DNA of 63,868 nucleotides, filler included, from Phoronis australis (Eukaryota; Animalia; Phoronida), in the NCBI GenBank assembly GCA_002633005.1. It is 4 parts of 4 records of this genome, joined end to end, with 100 filler letters (N's around TTAATTAATTAA, not from the genome) between each part and the next. Parts side by side here need not be neighbours in the genome. Positions count along the whole stretch, not along the records: positions 30,977 to 59,501 come from NMRA01000819.1; positions 59,602 to 62,111 come from NMRA01003640.1; positions 62,212 to 63,868 come from NMRA01001830.1; 1 more part is not named here. One strand, 5' to 3'. Positions 51,400 through 63,868 of this stretch are shown here, piece after piece; within the stretch, counting starts at the first letter, position 1, and the number at the start of each line of letters is the position of its first letter. Both the position numbers and the translations under genes were made by a program. Below the pieces are notes generated by a model. The model saw only the letters and a list, made by a program, of their open reading frames with translations. It was not told the DNA's origin and ran no database searches.

Positions 51400-54300
51400 C
51401 GAAATAATTTAATTTTTTGTGAATTTATTTTAGCTGTAGACCAAGAGGTAGGTACATGTACCGATAATTATAAGCATCTGAACAACTCTTAAACAAAACA
51501 ATTATTAACATTAAAACAAAATGACGTTTTCAACTTAAAAGATCTGTTTAGGGAAAAATATCTTCTGTCTAAAGATTTATGTTGAGAGGTAAAACTCCAA
51601 TGAAACGGGTAAGAAAAGACTTTTTGTTGTTTCTAATAATCTTAATCACCGGTTACCACTCTTTGGCTGTGTTACTGTGTATTATCTTTAGGGAATTTAT
51701 TTCGAGGGAAGGGGGTGCGTAAGTTCAACAACAGTTTGTCAGATGGCGAGCAATACGTTAAACAAATTAAAAATAAAATAAATTTTATAAAAAGTCAATA
51801 TTACCTACTAATTTATAATCCGGATACAGTCGAAAACCTGCCTAATCATGAATTGCGTTTTAGAATTGATGATAGAATACACAGAACACTTGGAACAATG
51901 GAAAGAGGAATTTTAACTGGCACTAAAAACAGATTTCAAACCTTAGAAGAAGAGACTCCATCAATAGAAACTCTTAACAAAATCCTAACAGAAGAAATCA
52001 AGATCCTACATGAGAAAAAAGGAAAGACAAGCACAAGCCTATCACCAGAAGACACTAAAATTCAACAGATGGACACAAAAAGAAAAGAACTGTACAAGAA
52101 AGACAAAAAGACAGAAAGCGAAAGAATAGAGTACGGCGAACTTAACAAAACAGTGAAAAAACGAAGAGAAATAGAGCCCGACGAAAAAGAACAAAGATGA
52201 TAATGGACACAATTGAAAAAGGAAAAGGACCAAAAGAAATCTACAAGCAACGAAATAAAAAGATATCAAAAATGCGAAACTCTAACGGAGATATAACAAA
52301 CAACAGAGAAGAAATACTCAAAATATGTGCCGATTTCTACACAATTTTATATGAGAAAACGACGAATCCACCAGAAAAGATGAGAACCAGAAATCTAGAC
52401 ACAGAACAAGTACCACCTTTCACTGAGGAGGAAGTAGAACGTACCCTAAGAGAGATGAAGAAAAGAAAAGCACCAGGAAATGATGATATTACAAGCGATA
52501 TAATTTCAGCAGGAGGAAAAGAAACAATCAAATACTTGACAAAAGCATTCGATGTAATTCTAAGGACCCAAAACATCCCAGAATGCTGGAAAGAAGGCAA
52601 AATAATAATTTTAATTAAAAAAGGAGACCGAAGTGACATAAAAAACTATAGATCCATAAGCTTATTAGCCCATACATACAAACTGTTCACAAGGCTATTA
52701 CAAAATAGAATGGAATGGAGAAAGAACTAGATGAAAATCAACCCCAAGAACAAGCAGGGTTTAGAAAGAGCTACTCAACTACAGACCATCTGAAAGCCCT
52801 TGGAAAAAACAATTGAAAAATGTATCGAATTTAACCTACCACTATGTGTTGGTTTCATAGACTATGAAAAGGCTTTTGATTGAATTGAACATTTTGCCAT
52901 CATTGAAGCCCTAAAAACATCAACATAAATGAAACATAAGTAAAACTGCTGCAAAATATATACACAGATGCCATCGCACACATCGACAACCAGTCTCTGA
53001 AAGATTCAACATAGAGAGAGGAGTTTGACAGGAGACCCAATTTCACCTAAACTGTTTACACTGAAAATGGAAGAAATCTTCAAATCTTCAGACCTTGAAA
53101 GGGGAGTAAACATAGACGGAGAACATCTTACAGACTTGCAGATGATGTTGCTTTATGCACATAAGACTTAACACAATTAGAAACAAATTTAAATACACCG
53201 AATGGAGACAGCAACAATGTGGGATTAAAGATACACAAGGACAAGACAAAGTACATGACAAATGTTGAAACAGATGAACAAGTAATGGTGGAGAACAAGA
53301 TCATTGAAAGAGTCACACAATACAAATACCTGGGACAAATGGGGAACCATATGACCAATGAAATACAAATCCGAATAAGAGCTGGATGGAGTTGCTTTGG
53401 AAAAAACAGAGAAATATTCCAAGATAAGAACATACCCATATCCCTGAAAAGAAAAGTATTTGACCAGTGCATCATTCCTACAACACAGAGAGCAGTGGAG
53501 AGAAAATGCTTGGAATAAAATTACTAGACAAGGTTCCACACTGAGAGATAAGGAAACAAACAAGGGCCATGGACATAATCAAGACAATTCTGAAACTGAA
53601 ATGGAGGTGGTGCGGACACGTGGCCAGAGCACAGGACAACAGATGGACATAAAGATGCACAGAGTGGCAACCCAGATATGGAAAGAGATCAAGAGGACGG
53701 CCCCAAGAGAGATGGAGAGATGACATGATGAAGACGAGAGGCACAACGTGGATGAGAGCGGCAAGAGACAGGACAAATTGGAAGGCATTGTCGGAGGGCT
53801 ACATCCTGCAGTGGATGGACAATGCCTAGATGAGATGAGGTGAGATGAGATGAGATGAGATGAGATATATTTTTAGATGTACTTGTGCATGTAGTATTGT
53901 TGGGAATAGAAGGCAGAGCAATTCTCTTACTGTGTGTAAAAAGAAATTACGAGACAATACAGAAATAAAATTTGAGGAAGAAACATTGAATATTTACTTT
54001 TTCCTGATAAATCTGAGTGGAAAACACGTCAAATGAATTATTAAATTTAGGAACAAAAATTAAATGTCAAATTATTCCTCCGAAAGCAAACTGGATTAAA
54101 ACGGAGAGCGCCCGACAAAATACTTCAAGAGTCTATACATTATTACAATATATTTGTTTATAACACTGGGTAAGATTGCAAGCATTTAAAAGGAGATCGA
54201 AACGAAATACTCAAAGTAAAATCCAGTTTTTATCAAGAAATTTATGCTGAGAAAGGCAATGACAATTTTGACATTAAACAAATATTTAAAGAACCTTCTT

Positions 54301-55900
54301 TTCCTGTCTTATCCGACACTGATATCAATGGTTTGAGAGGAGTAATTTTCTAGACGAGACGTCTTACGTTTTAAAAAACATTTAATATGATAAAAAGTCA
54401 AGTAATACAGTTCAATAAGTAATAATGTCGTCAATGTCAAAATCTGAAAACAGTAAAAACAGTATTTTTTTTCATTTTTGACTACCTTAAACGTTTTTGG
54501 GATGATTTGATATATTTTATTCTGCGACATTTCGATTCAATTTACGTCAAAACCAAAATATCCTTGACTCAGAGAACTGTGGTGTTATAACATGCAAAAT
54601 GAAACTTGTTAAACCAGCTCCTGGAAATTGGAGATCTCACTTTGTTAAAAATAGTGTATACGTTTGCAGCTGGGCAAATAAACAAGAAACATTTTTCACT
54701 AGAGTATATCAAATAACCAGACGTATAGGTGAATTGTGCTGAAAACCAACAAAACTTAGGTCTCCTTCTGCAAACTGATTTTTGAAAAGCTTCTCATAAC
54801 GTACTTACGGTGTTCAAAAACTGTAATTCAAAATTTTTGTTTCTCCAAGGCCTTCCTCTGCAAAGAGACTGTAGACAGGGTGATCCTCAGTTTTGTTCTA
54901 TGTGCCGAAATCTTGCAAATAATGGTGGAATATAATAGAGAAATAAATTGTAATATAATCTCGTTTAATGGCGTTTTGGAGGTAAATGGTGATTTTTTAC
55001 ATGTGATAATCTGCTAAATAGAAATAGAAATTGTTTTTGCTATAATTTTCTTTGATCAGTTCAGTAAAAAATCCGAAAATGTAACCCGAAATATTAATTA
55101 AAAAGTTGTCGGATTAATTTTACCTTTTTAACTGTCCTCTCATCCTGGCTGTAAACATATTTATAAAAAAACAGAAATCAACGGAAATCTACTGCTCAAA
55201 GAAAGTTTGAAAATTTATATGTTATTGATCCCTGTACATGCTGTATATAGAAAAGTTCTTATGAAATGGCTGTTTCAAGCGTAAATAATACAAACAATAA
55301 GTTGCACTATCAATATAAGTTGCTGCATAGGATCATTATTGCGAATGCAAATGCTTGATTGTTTAAAATTGATTATGTTGATTCTGTGTCCTGTATCATT
55401 TGTAACAACGGACGTGTGACAATCGAACAATTATTTGTACGTTGTTGTGTTACAAGTTCTTTTTGGCGCAAAATTGAGAGTCTGTTGTCAACAAAGATTG
55501 ATTCCGGACTTCACTTAGATAAAAGTGCAATTTTTGGGATCCCTTTTAAAAATTATACATCTTACTCAAGTGGTTTTCGTTGTATACGAAATATTACATT
55601 TTCACCACAAAAATATAATAGAATGATTTAATTTTAAATGTATTTATTAATCACCTAAAAATAAATTGCATCAGTGAAAATGTTTTTCAAACCATAGCCA
55701 TCCTAAATCAGGAGAGCGTCAAGAACTCTGGACACCATGGAAGTCTATTTTTTTGCTCATTAAGGAAGTTTTCTGTCACTCGAGCGCCCTTCATAACTCC
55801 TCTCGAGGCATCTGTGCCTGGTTCGAGGTGAATATTGTGGTTTATATACTTTCACTGATAAAAATGTTGATTTCTTATGTTGTGTTTGACTAATAAATGG
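51400..55900 (+). mobile_element. Old L1/Tx1-clade LINE ORF2 remnant, split by the RTE insertion
   Basis: KFNNSL..D..Y...IK (~51720) lies before the RTE and IFLDVL directly after it. Further motifs: KANWI/GERPTKYF (~54080-54126), EKA, CRQGDP/FVLCAEIL (~54870-54915), QYKLLHRII and a zf-RVT-like CIIC...EQLF..C (~55310-55450). The 5' boundary is approximate. Confidence 0.78.
51874..53866 (+). mobile_element. 5'-truncated RTE-clade LINE (pseudogenised RT)
   Basis: Motifs NRFQTL, KAPGNDDI, KKGDRSDIKNYRSISLL, EQAGFRK, FIDYEKAFD, QGDPISPKLF, LADD, YKYLG, WRWCGHVAR. Multiple stops and frameshifts. The ORF ends ...LQWMDNA* (53829), followed immediately by a (GATGA)n tail. Confidence 0.92.
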
Positions 55901-58111
55901 TAAAATAATAACGTTTTCATGATGTGACTTTTAATAACACTGACAATCACCATGGCTCATCATTTCAATTTTCGCAAGCATCTCATCTTCGTCTTGAATC
56001 CTTAAAAATATTGCACCTCCTGGTTCTCGAATACTGAGAAGGTTCCTAGTCAGCTGCAGTGGCTTTGTGGTTAATTTGAGAAGAAAAAAACTCGTCAGAG
56101 TTAATTAAAATGTCCACGAATTCCATGCTATAAGTGTGCTTTAAGTGACAATTGTCTCCACTGCGTGATGTTATATAAGTTATTGTACTTCTGTAAAATA
56201 CAGAGAGAACCCATTCCGGAGGAGGGTGAAAATGGAAATTGTCACGAACAGTCCCTCTATCCCAATTTCAGAAAATTGTGTATACACGTAATTTTGTGAA
56301 ACCCGAAAAGGGGGAAACTGAATCGGTTCAAAAAACTTGACCTCTTTTATACTACTTGTACCTGCACCTCTTCAAAAGATTAATCTTTGGGCTAGATATT
56401 GTCAACCCGGGGCCTAGCCTAGTATACCGTAAATTCAAAAACGCAGTACTCTTCCAAAACGAAGTCAATATAAGTAACTGGACACTAAATTGGCAAATAG
56501 GACTTGACACAAATCAAGATTGTTGATCCAGGGTACGAAAAATTCCCAAAGTCACGAGCCTAATGCATTCTTTGACACAAGCACTTAAGTATCAGTCCAC
56601 GGATCCACCGACCACAGTACAGCCAACAAGCGGCAAGGTGGGGGGTCAACCATTCAGATCCGTGTTTAGTCTGATAAATCACATTAGGGATGAGAGAAAA
56701 TGGGTGAAGTATGACACCACAAAGTTTGATGGTTTAGGAGATACAAGGAAGTGTTCTGGGGGGCAAAATGAGGCAATTTCTTGGTGTGGAATGAGTCATT
56801 TTTGACCAAATTTTCTACTCCAGTTTCTGCTTCAAACAGAATCGTTTCTGAACAATTTTGATATCACATGATAGGTTCATGACCAATGTCAGTAAAAACG
56901 GCACCGACACTGCAATATCGGTTACCATAGTAACACTGGAACTGTTTCCGTGGAGGTACGTTTCCGTCTTGTGAAAAACCAGCAGTAAGCTGTACCCTTA
57001 TAGCGAAGCTGCCCCCGCGAGAAAACCAAAAATAATAACATGGACATGTATAAGACTCCATGCCCTTGAAATTAATACAATAAAAACTTTGTCAGCCCTT
57101 CAGGCAGTCTTGGTAATAGGTGTCTGAATTTCACTATTTTCAGACCGCGTATGTGTATTTGTCATGATAAACCAGTCACTAGTTGTGCGCCGTTTCTACG
57201 CATTAATATGCCGTGGTATAATACAACAATTAAAACAATTGGTTTGCTTAAATGTTTTTAATTAATTTTAAGGACACTAGCATTTCCCAATAAAATATAA
57301 ATTATACTAAATTTGTTCATCCAATTCGTCTGAATACCAAACTAAATCTTACAATGCGTTAGTTGAATGATGGCTGACCTAAAGTGCGGATTTGCAAATT
57401 TATCTATTTATCTGGCACTGCCAGTCGCATCAAATGTGGTATTTCTACAAATTGCGGAGAGAAACAACTTTGGAAACTCTAGGGAAATGCACAAGGTTTA
57501 GAGTGAGACATTTCAGCATCTTATAAGAGTACGTGGAGCTGATGTGGAGGTGGAACGTGTCATCCTGAGTAGTCTGTCTCACTCAGTCAGACTCTCAGTG
57601 TCTGCCTCGGAGGCACTGTGTGCAGCAGGAGCTACATAATCTACCGTATTAGATTCACTTGCCCGAATCATCGTTACAACACTCGAGATATATTGGCGTC
57701 GCCAAAGACACTATCCACTGCACACTAGAGGAGAAACCTGATAGAGGTCTGAAAAATGACCAAAGACTTTCAACGTTTAACGTCCTGCTTCGCGTGAGCT
57801 CAGGTAGGAATCACTAAACTCCAGGGTCTGACCCTGAGGAATATTTTTAGAAGCACCTCATTCATGCAAAAATACTTTTATTCACACACCGTGATTGCTT
57901 ATAGCTTGGGCCTTATTGCTTAATCATATCTTATTCAAATGTGTTGTTATTTATGCAACTACATGTATACATTGGCATAGATTATATCTTGGGCCTTATT
58001 GCTTAATCATATCTTATTCAAATGTGTTGATGTTTATTCAACTACATGTATACATTGTCATTGGCAAATAAAATAGGTAGTCCTCATAACTTTTCATAAC
58101 AACCACCAAAT

Positions 58112-58170
58112 TAGGCAATGACCATCGCCTCTGTTGGCTTCGGGCCAACAGAGGCGATGGTCATTGCCTA
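58112..58170. mobile_element. 59-bp perfect hairpin insertion with 9-bp TSD (Mutator-like minimal MITE)
   Basis: 27-bp arms TAGGCAATGACCATCGCCTCTGTTGGC and GCCAACAGAGGCGATGGTCATTGCCTA with loop TTCGG. Flanked by CCACCAAAT at 58103-58111 and 58171-58179. Confidence 0.85.
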
Positions 58171-58469
58171 CCACCAAATGTGTAACATGACTTCTGCCCA
58201 TGAACTACTTTTAGAGATTAGGGAGTTATGATGTTGTGTCTGCCAATGAATGTCTGCGATTATTGTTATGAGTGTTATCTCCTCTGGTCACGCAGAGAGT
58301 TGTGGGATTTTGGCGGGTCAGCGATAATACACATTAAATGGTGGCAAGAGTTGCATTTTTTTATCTTGTGAATCTATCGTTGTCGCATGGCTGGGCAGAT
58401 TGGGTGATACGCCCAGAGCAACATTACATGGTGGAAAATCATGCAAGCATGGAGGAAGGAAAACTGAAA

Positions 58470-58742
58470 GCGTCGCCAAAGTTTACGGGAGACAATGGCT
58501 CGTTTGAGACTGTGCAAACACATTGGCTACAGTTCCAAGACTACTTGCAGATTCATGATTTGTCGACCAAAACAGAGACGGAAGATCTTGCAGACATTTG
58601 CCTCCACTTCTGTTTGTCCCTAGCAGGACAAGCCCATTTGTGGGCGCAGAGCATGACAATTACTTCGAAGAAAGACTTGGAAAAACAGTTCTTCGAACGA
58701 TTTTGTGAAAATCGATCCGAATACGCCATGATCAAGCACTAG
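58470..58742 (+). pseudogene. LTR-retrotransposon (Ty3/gypsy-like) gag capsid remnant
   Basis: PKFTG...HWLQFQDY...FCLSLAGQAHLWA...LEKQFFERF matches the retrotransposon gag pattern. Confidence 0.6.
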
Positions 58743-58769
58743 AATGTCATGAAGTTTAACAAGAACTTA

Positions 58770-59501
58770 CTTTAAACACTTGATGGAACTGTGCTCAACC
58801 GTCATCTTCAGTTGGTCTCCCACTGTCCTTAATGGTTTCGTCCCTAAACCAAGACCATCTCTAGTAGGCGGGACAACAGAGTTGATCAGGCTCTGCCTGA
58901 CGGTTGTTGATGGTATTGCTGTTGGTGCTTCACCCATATCCAACAAGATGCCTGTTCAGCTTCGGTGGCCACATCGCGGAGAAGAACCTTCTTTCCTGTC
59001 ACAGACACGCCCAGAGACCTTGCCATAGCAGTAACCGAGCTGGCCGGAAAACCACGGCAACCAACCTCCACGGAAAAACTCCAACATCTCCAGCCGTTAA
59101 CGTGGCAGTCACTCCTCAAATCAGTATATTTCAGGTTCTTCCGCTCGTGTGCCTCTTCTACCCTACTCTCCCACGGAATGGTGAGCTCGATCAGGATGAT
59201 CTGGTGTGAACTATCCGAATAAAGAATCAAGTCAGGGCGCTGGGTAGTCTGGACAATGTGCTGTGGGAAGGATGACTGGTGACCGGCAAGATCAACCCAC
59301 AATTTCCAGTCGTTGGCTGTGTGAAGGATGCCTTTCTGCGCTGGTGACTTCTTCTTACTTGCCTCATCGCCACTTCTTCTGAAACTGATAAATTCGATCC
59401 GGTGGCTTCTTGACTTTGGTTTACTCTTGACTTCGTCAACCAACACCCTTGCGAAAACTTTCAGTACCTGGTTGTGCCGGTAGGTGTACTTTCCTGATGC
59501 C
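58770..59501 (-). mobile_element. RLE-type non-LTR retrotransposon (Hero/NeSL-like) 3' end; runs into the contig break
   Basis: YTYRHNQVL, then RPDLILYS..IILIELTIPWE..EEAHERK..KY..L..W..VEVGCRGF, a PD-(D/E)xK restriction-like endonuclease. Open frame to the stop at 58886, with a short 3' UTR. Confidence 0.88.
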
Positions 59502-59601
59502 NNNNNNNNNNNNNNNNNNNNNNNNNNNNNNNNNNNNNNNNNNNNTTAATTAATTAANNNNNNNNNNNNNNNNNNNNNNNNNNNNNNNNNNNNNNNNNNN
59601 N
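59502..59601. other. Artificial contig spacer
   Basis: N44-TTAATTAATTAA-N44. Confidence 0.97.
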
Positions 59602-60543
59602 TTTTCAGAAGTATTCAGTGTGTTACATCCCTAAATTGCCAGCCCGAAGCACAAATTTTTGCCATTATCTATGAAAATCAAAAATAACGGGTAAACGTTG
59701 GAAATATGTAACCAAACAAATTGCTTCACACAAACTCATGGCTGGCACAATTCAATTTGATTTAAAGACTTTTATTACAATGACAACCATATTTCACAAG
59801 TCAATAATTACCAATGTTATGACAAAATCAATTACCAGTGTAACTTTACACGCAGAGGGGATATAGACTGTGGCAGTTAACATTGATGCAATGAAAGTTT
59901 TTTTTAAAAAATATGCCTAAGGTGAATATTTGGGCATTAAACATTGAAGCCCATGACTTTCCAAGTTTCATTCACAGATAATGAACATCAAAGCCTTAAA
60001 GAGGTCGATTCACAGCTATTTAGTTGTAGTTAATATGTATACACATGTGCTGACTGTTAATAAAGATTGCTTATAAACCACATTTCTTTTTATTTCATGC
60101 CCCACATTCTTCTATTATTCAAGTAAAACACGATCCCACTTCCTCACAAAATTTCGAGAACAGAAAATTTTCAACTTCGGCTGTCTTCGGAATCACGTCG
60201 CGTCCGGAAGCGGACCCGATCACTGCCGAGTCTGTCCATAGGTTTGTACTGGGACTATTTGGCACAAATAGAAGCTTTCTGTTTGTTAGAATGGGTTTAT
60301 TATGCAACTTTTGCCAATTAATTCTCTGAAATGTGACACATATGCACATGGTCTTGTGCATTGCCATAAACATTTCACAGTAGTTAGCAATGAGTCCTCA
60401 ATAAAGTGTTCGAGTACAGCCGCACGTCTTTCGCACTGTCTGTCTACGCATGACGTATCACTGTTGTTGTGTGCCAATTGGAATACTTATTTCGACATTA
60501 AACACATTTTTATACTTCAACTCGATTAAAAATTTGAAGAACA

Positions 60544-60783
60544 ATGCTGGACTGTTGTGTTATTGGAGGCTGTGACAATGTGTCAGGGTCTGGGCCTGGG
60601 GTGTCATTACATAGGTTTCCCACTAACCCCAGACTGCGTCGCAAGTGGGAAGACTTCGTGAGGTCCACGAGAAAATTTAGTGGAGCGTCGCCGTATTCGG
60701 TGATATGGAGTAAACATTTTTCTGCAGACTGTTTCGAGGTCGACAGCCTGCAATCGCAGCATGGTTGGAAAGTGACATTTTAG
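60544..60783 (+). pseudogene. THAP-domain ORF remnant (transposase N-terminus, Kolobok/Harbinger-like)
   Basis: CCVIGGCDN...SLHRFP...RRKWEDFV...VIWSKHF..DCF. The third zinc-ligand Cys is replaced by Trp and the ORF ends just after the domain. Confidence 0.8.
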
Positions 60784-61311
60784 ATAATATTCAAAACTGT
60801 ACATGCTTTGCGGAAGCTAGTAGGCCTTGGGCCACACTAGTAAGTGAACAACATTACTAATGGCGTATAACATCGAAGGACACTGTCGGAAGCCACTTTT
60901 CTTTTGAATTACGATTTTTGCAACATCATGGTGTGTAGTTGCTTGAATGCTACTTACCTAAATAAACATTATGGGGATTAAATTAATTCCAGTGCGGGTG
61001 ACTTTTAATGGTTTCGACCCCCTCTCTGTTCAGTAATTACTTAAACTAGATATAAAATCAAAAATAAGCTTTTGTTATAAAATACAAATTGCAATCCATA
61101 ACCTACAACAAAACTTATCCCACNTGCTTTCAACCTACGCAAATCAAGAAACGTAGGACAAAACGGCAAATAGTCTTGCATATCGCAGTTTATCCGTCTA
61201 ACAGTCCCGATGTTTGAAATTGCTTTTTATTTAACTTGAAGTATTATAAATAAATTGAAAATAAACATATTCGCATTCAAACTCGCGGCATTGTTTTTGT
61301 TTTCCATTTAC

Positions 61312-61635
61312 CTAACATGATAAAACGTCTGAAGTTGTGCGGTCATTGTCTTCAGGATCCGCCGCTGTCTCTTCATCCAAAGCGACCGGGACACTTGCAG
61401 GCACTGGTTCGAACCTGCAGGGCCTGTTTATGTTGTCAAGAACACGCTCACGATGGTCGTTGTGCATATTGTCTGTGTCCGACGCATCATCGTAACAAAA
61501 AATTTCCTCGTCTTTGGAAGACTCGTCGCTAAAGCTTTCATAATTAATGTTGGTTTCTGCCTTGTGTGACTGCGATTTACCAGCCCAGTTCATTCCTACA
61601 ACACAGTTGTCTTCCAGACTCAACATCACAGACAC
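61312..61635 (-). pseudogene. Acidic ORF resembling Kolobok accessory (P2X7-ballast-like) protein exon 1
   Basis: Acidic N-terminus, then RPCRFEP (cf. PYxFEP), then DRTTSDVLS followed by a decayed donor-like sequence. Convergent with the THAP ORF. Confidence 0.4.
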
Positions 61636-62111
61636 TTATGTAACCGCCTAGTCTGTTTTCAGAATTGACTGGGCTGAAGTCAGAGAAGGTCATTACTGCT
61701 GGGCTTATCTACTTAATCATGCTGTGCGGACAGTAACTAGCCCAAGTAACAGGCTCCTGCAATGCTATTCTTTGAGTTGAAAAGCAGTTGTTTTGGTGTG
61801 AAACTATGTCTTTAACAAGGGCAGCATTCTGCCACATGAATCTCACACCAACAACTAGTGAAGTCACGAAACGAATCTTGTAACCAATAAAGGAAATGAT
61901 GATCCTTATTTCTTTTATTCAGTCTCAGTTACAACTTACAAAAAGCTGCATACAAGGAAATAAATTTTTGTATCATTTTAGCTTGGCTGCATCAAATGAC
62001 ACAAAAAGTGCAGCCTCAGGCAAATATTGAAAAGGGCCTACTTCACTGCCAACTATCTAAAAGGTTAAGTGCCCTAACTTCCTAGCAGCTCATCTCATCT
62101 ATCAAGTACAC

Positions 62112-62211
62112 NNNNNNNNNNNNNNNNNNNNNNNNNNNNNNNNNNNNNNNNNNNNTTAATTAATTAANNNNNNNNNNNNNNNNNNNNNNNNNNNNNNNNN
62201 NNNNNNNNNNN
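62112..62211. other. Artificial contig spacer
   Basis: N44-TTAATTAATTAA-N44. Confidence 0.97.
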
Positions 62212-63868
62212 AGATTATGCTTCAAGTAAGATTCTATGAAATGTCCGATATTTAGGTTCCGTCCGATAATTAGGTACCCTATGTGTACACTCCGTACAGT
62301 CAGTATGCAGACTGTCTGTACAGACTACAATACTGCTACACTAATTCTCACTTTGCATGATAAACAGAGAGCTGCAATACTAAAAATTTCATCAACAGGT
62401 ATCTGTGAAGGCTCGGGATTATGAATTTCAATTGGTTAGCCTTTCGTGTAGCTTTAATACTGCAATATCAACACTTACGTCGGATATTTCGTGAGAAAAT
62501 GTGTCAAAAAACAACAACGCCGGCTCCTTGGAATCCGCCATGACACTTCTCGTAAAATCTCTCCGGGTTGGTGAGATATTTCAACCAATCAGAGTCATCC
62601 GTGGAAAATTTTAAACAGAGACTGGGATTTAAAGAACGTTCAAACCCAAGGGAGGAAGCACTTAGAGTAAGGTTATTTTTCAATCGTAATATCTTATTTA
62701 TTTTTCAGTTTGTATTTAATTGGTTTTTAGAAACTTGGTCTTCAACTGAGGTCACATTCGGTTGTAAAAACTTCGATAAGACTTCTTTGATTAAGTTCTG
62801 TTCATGTCCACCACACCAAATCGGGATGTACGTACGAATGTGTAGGGCCTAGGTCACTCTGGGTCAGTCTAGGTGTATCTTCGACCAAGAACAGTTGTTT
62901 CAAATTTGCAATTGGGCAAGTAGAGAACTTTGTAAATTCCATTTCAGCTCCATTTGACAGCTGAACTATTGAAAATACACTTTACTAAATCTTTCCGTCT
63001 TGGTTAAAGGCGAAGGCTGATTGGGTCATTCGGTTACAAACTGAGGTTACAAAATACAAAGGGGCAGGCGATTTGATTTGATTTCTTGTTGTTAGAGAAA
63101 AGTAAAAAGAGATGATATATGACCTGTAAGATAGTTTGTGGTTCCCTAAATTTATAAGTCAAGGGAATTTGATTTAGTAGTAACATACTGAACTGGCATT
63201 TTCCTCCCATTCTTCTAATTTGTCTGATTTCACAAATCTGAAAAGTGCTCTGGTGGCCCTTAAGCTATGTTTAAGAGCTGAGTATTGGCTAGAAAATGAC
63301 TTAGCCCCTCGGCTGGCTGGACACGTGCTACAACACTCCTCATCGATGTCTGTGTTCATTTGGTCCCCTGTACTAACTTAAACGAGTGGTAGACCAGATC
63401 TGGTCGCCGAATTAGAGATTTTCGCTTCGTCAAAAATACATTTACACTTACAATTGTCACTTGAAAATGCACTTGTTTTCTTCAGCGATCCATGGTCCTC
63501 AATCCTTTGATTTTGGGGCCTCAGTATAGGCCCCATTCTCCTCTGAAAAATATTTAAAAAATCACATGAAATTACCCTCATGAGGTACAAAAATTCCCCT
63601 CGAGATTTGAATCACGCAGGCGACAATTTCGAAGAGCACAAAATGGTAATTTTGGCTATTTGAGGTGGGCTTGCAACAAGAATGCAGGTGCTATTAAGGG
63701 TGATCAGAGGGTTAGAATTTTCCCATCAACTGACCTCAAAAAGTTTTCTTCTCAGAAGGCACAGGCACCTTTCCCCTCAGGTGAACGAAGGCTCTGTGAT
63801 CCTTTCTGGTTCTATACATCTTTGATGCAGCATGTCCACAGGAATTAAGATGACTTTGGCAAAGAATT

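Noticed and set aside
63174-63590. Possible minus-strand exon after a tttttcag acceptor
   Set aside because: The frames close quickly and no protein family is recognisable.

Overview
This is AT-rich, repeat-dense animal genomic DNA, most likely from an invertebrate (inference). It is not prokaryotic: it has GT-AG introns and no operons, CRISPR arrays or rRNA. The window is four contigs (1-30876, 30977-59501, 59602-62111, 62212-63868) joined by artificial 100-nt N44-TTAATTAATTAA-N44 spacers. Only one host gene is visible: the last seven coding exons (32014-39394, +) of a GAPR-1/GLIPR2-like protein with at least two tandem CAP (SCP) domains joined by a low-complexity linker. The rest is mostly layered transposons. 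Positions 1-15000 hold a diverged head-to-tail ~2-kb repeat array. It is invaded by a THAP-bearing P-type deletion derivative (7-bp TSD, empty-site paralogue in the window) and by Helentron-type non-autonomous (HINE/DINE-1-like) elements. Elsewhere there are nested MITEs, L2-group, RTE, L1/Tx1 and RLE (Hero/NeSL-like) LINE fragments, a gag remnant, and ISL2EU-like and Kolobok-like THAP remnants. The most striking observation is that the HINE internal ~150-bp tandem repeats each carry a co-oriented, near-consensus CTCF motif (GCCACTAGRKGGCGC-like), suggesting a mobile insulator-site array. A 59-bp perfect hairpin flanked by a 9-bp TSD also stands out. All family assignments are by-eye motif recognition; no database search was run.
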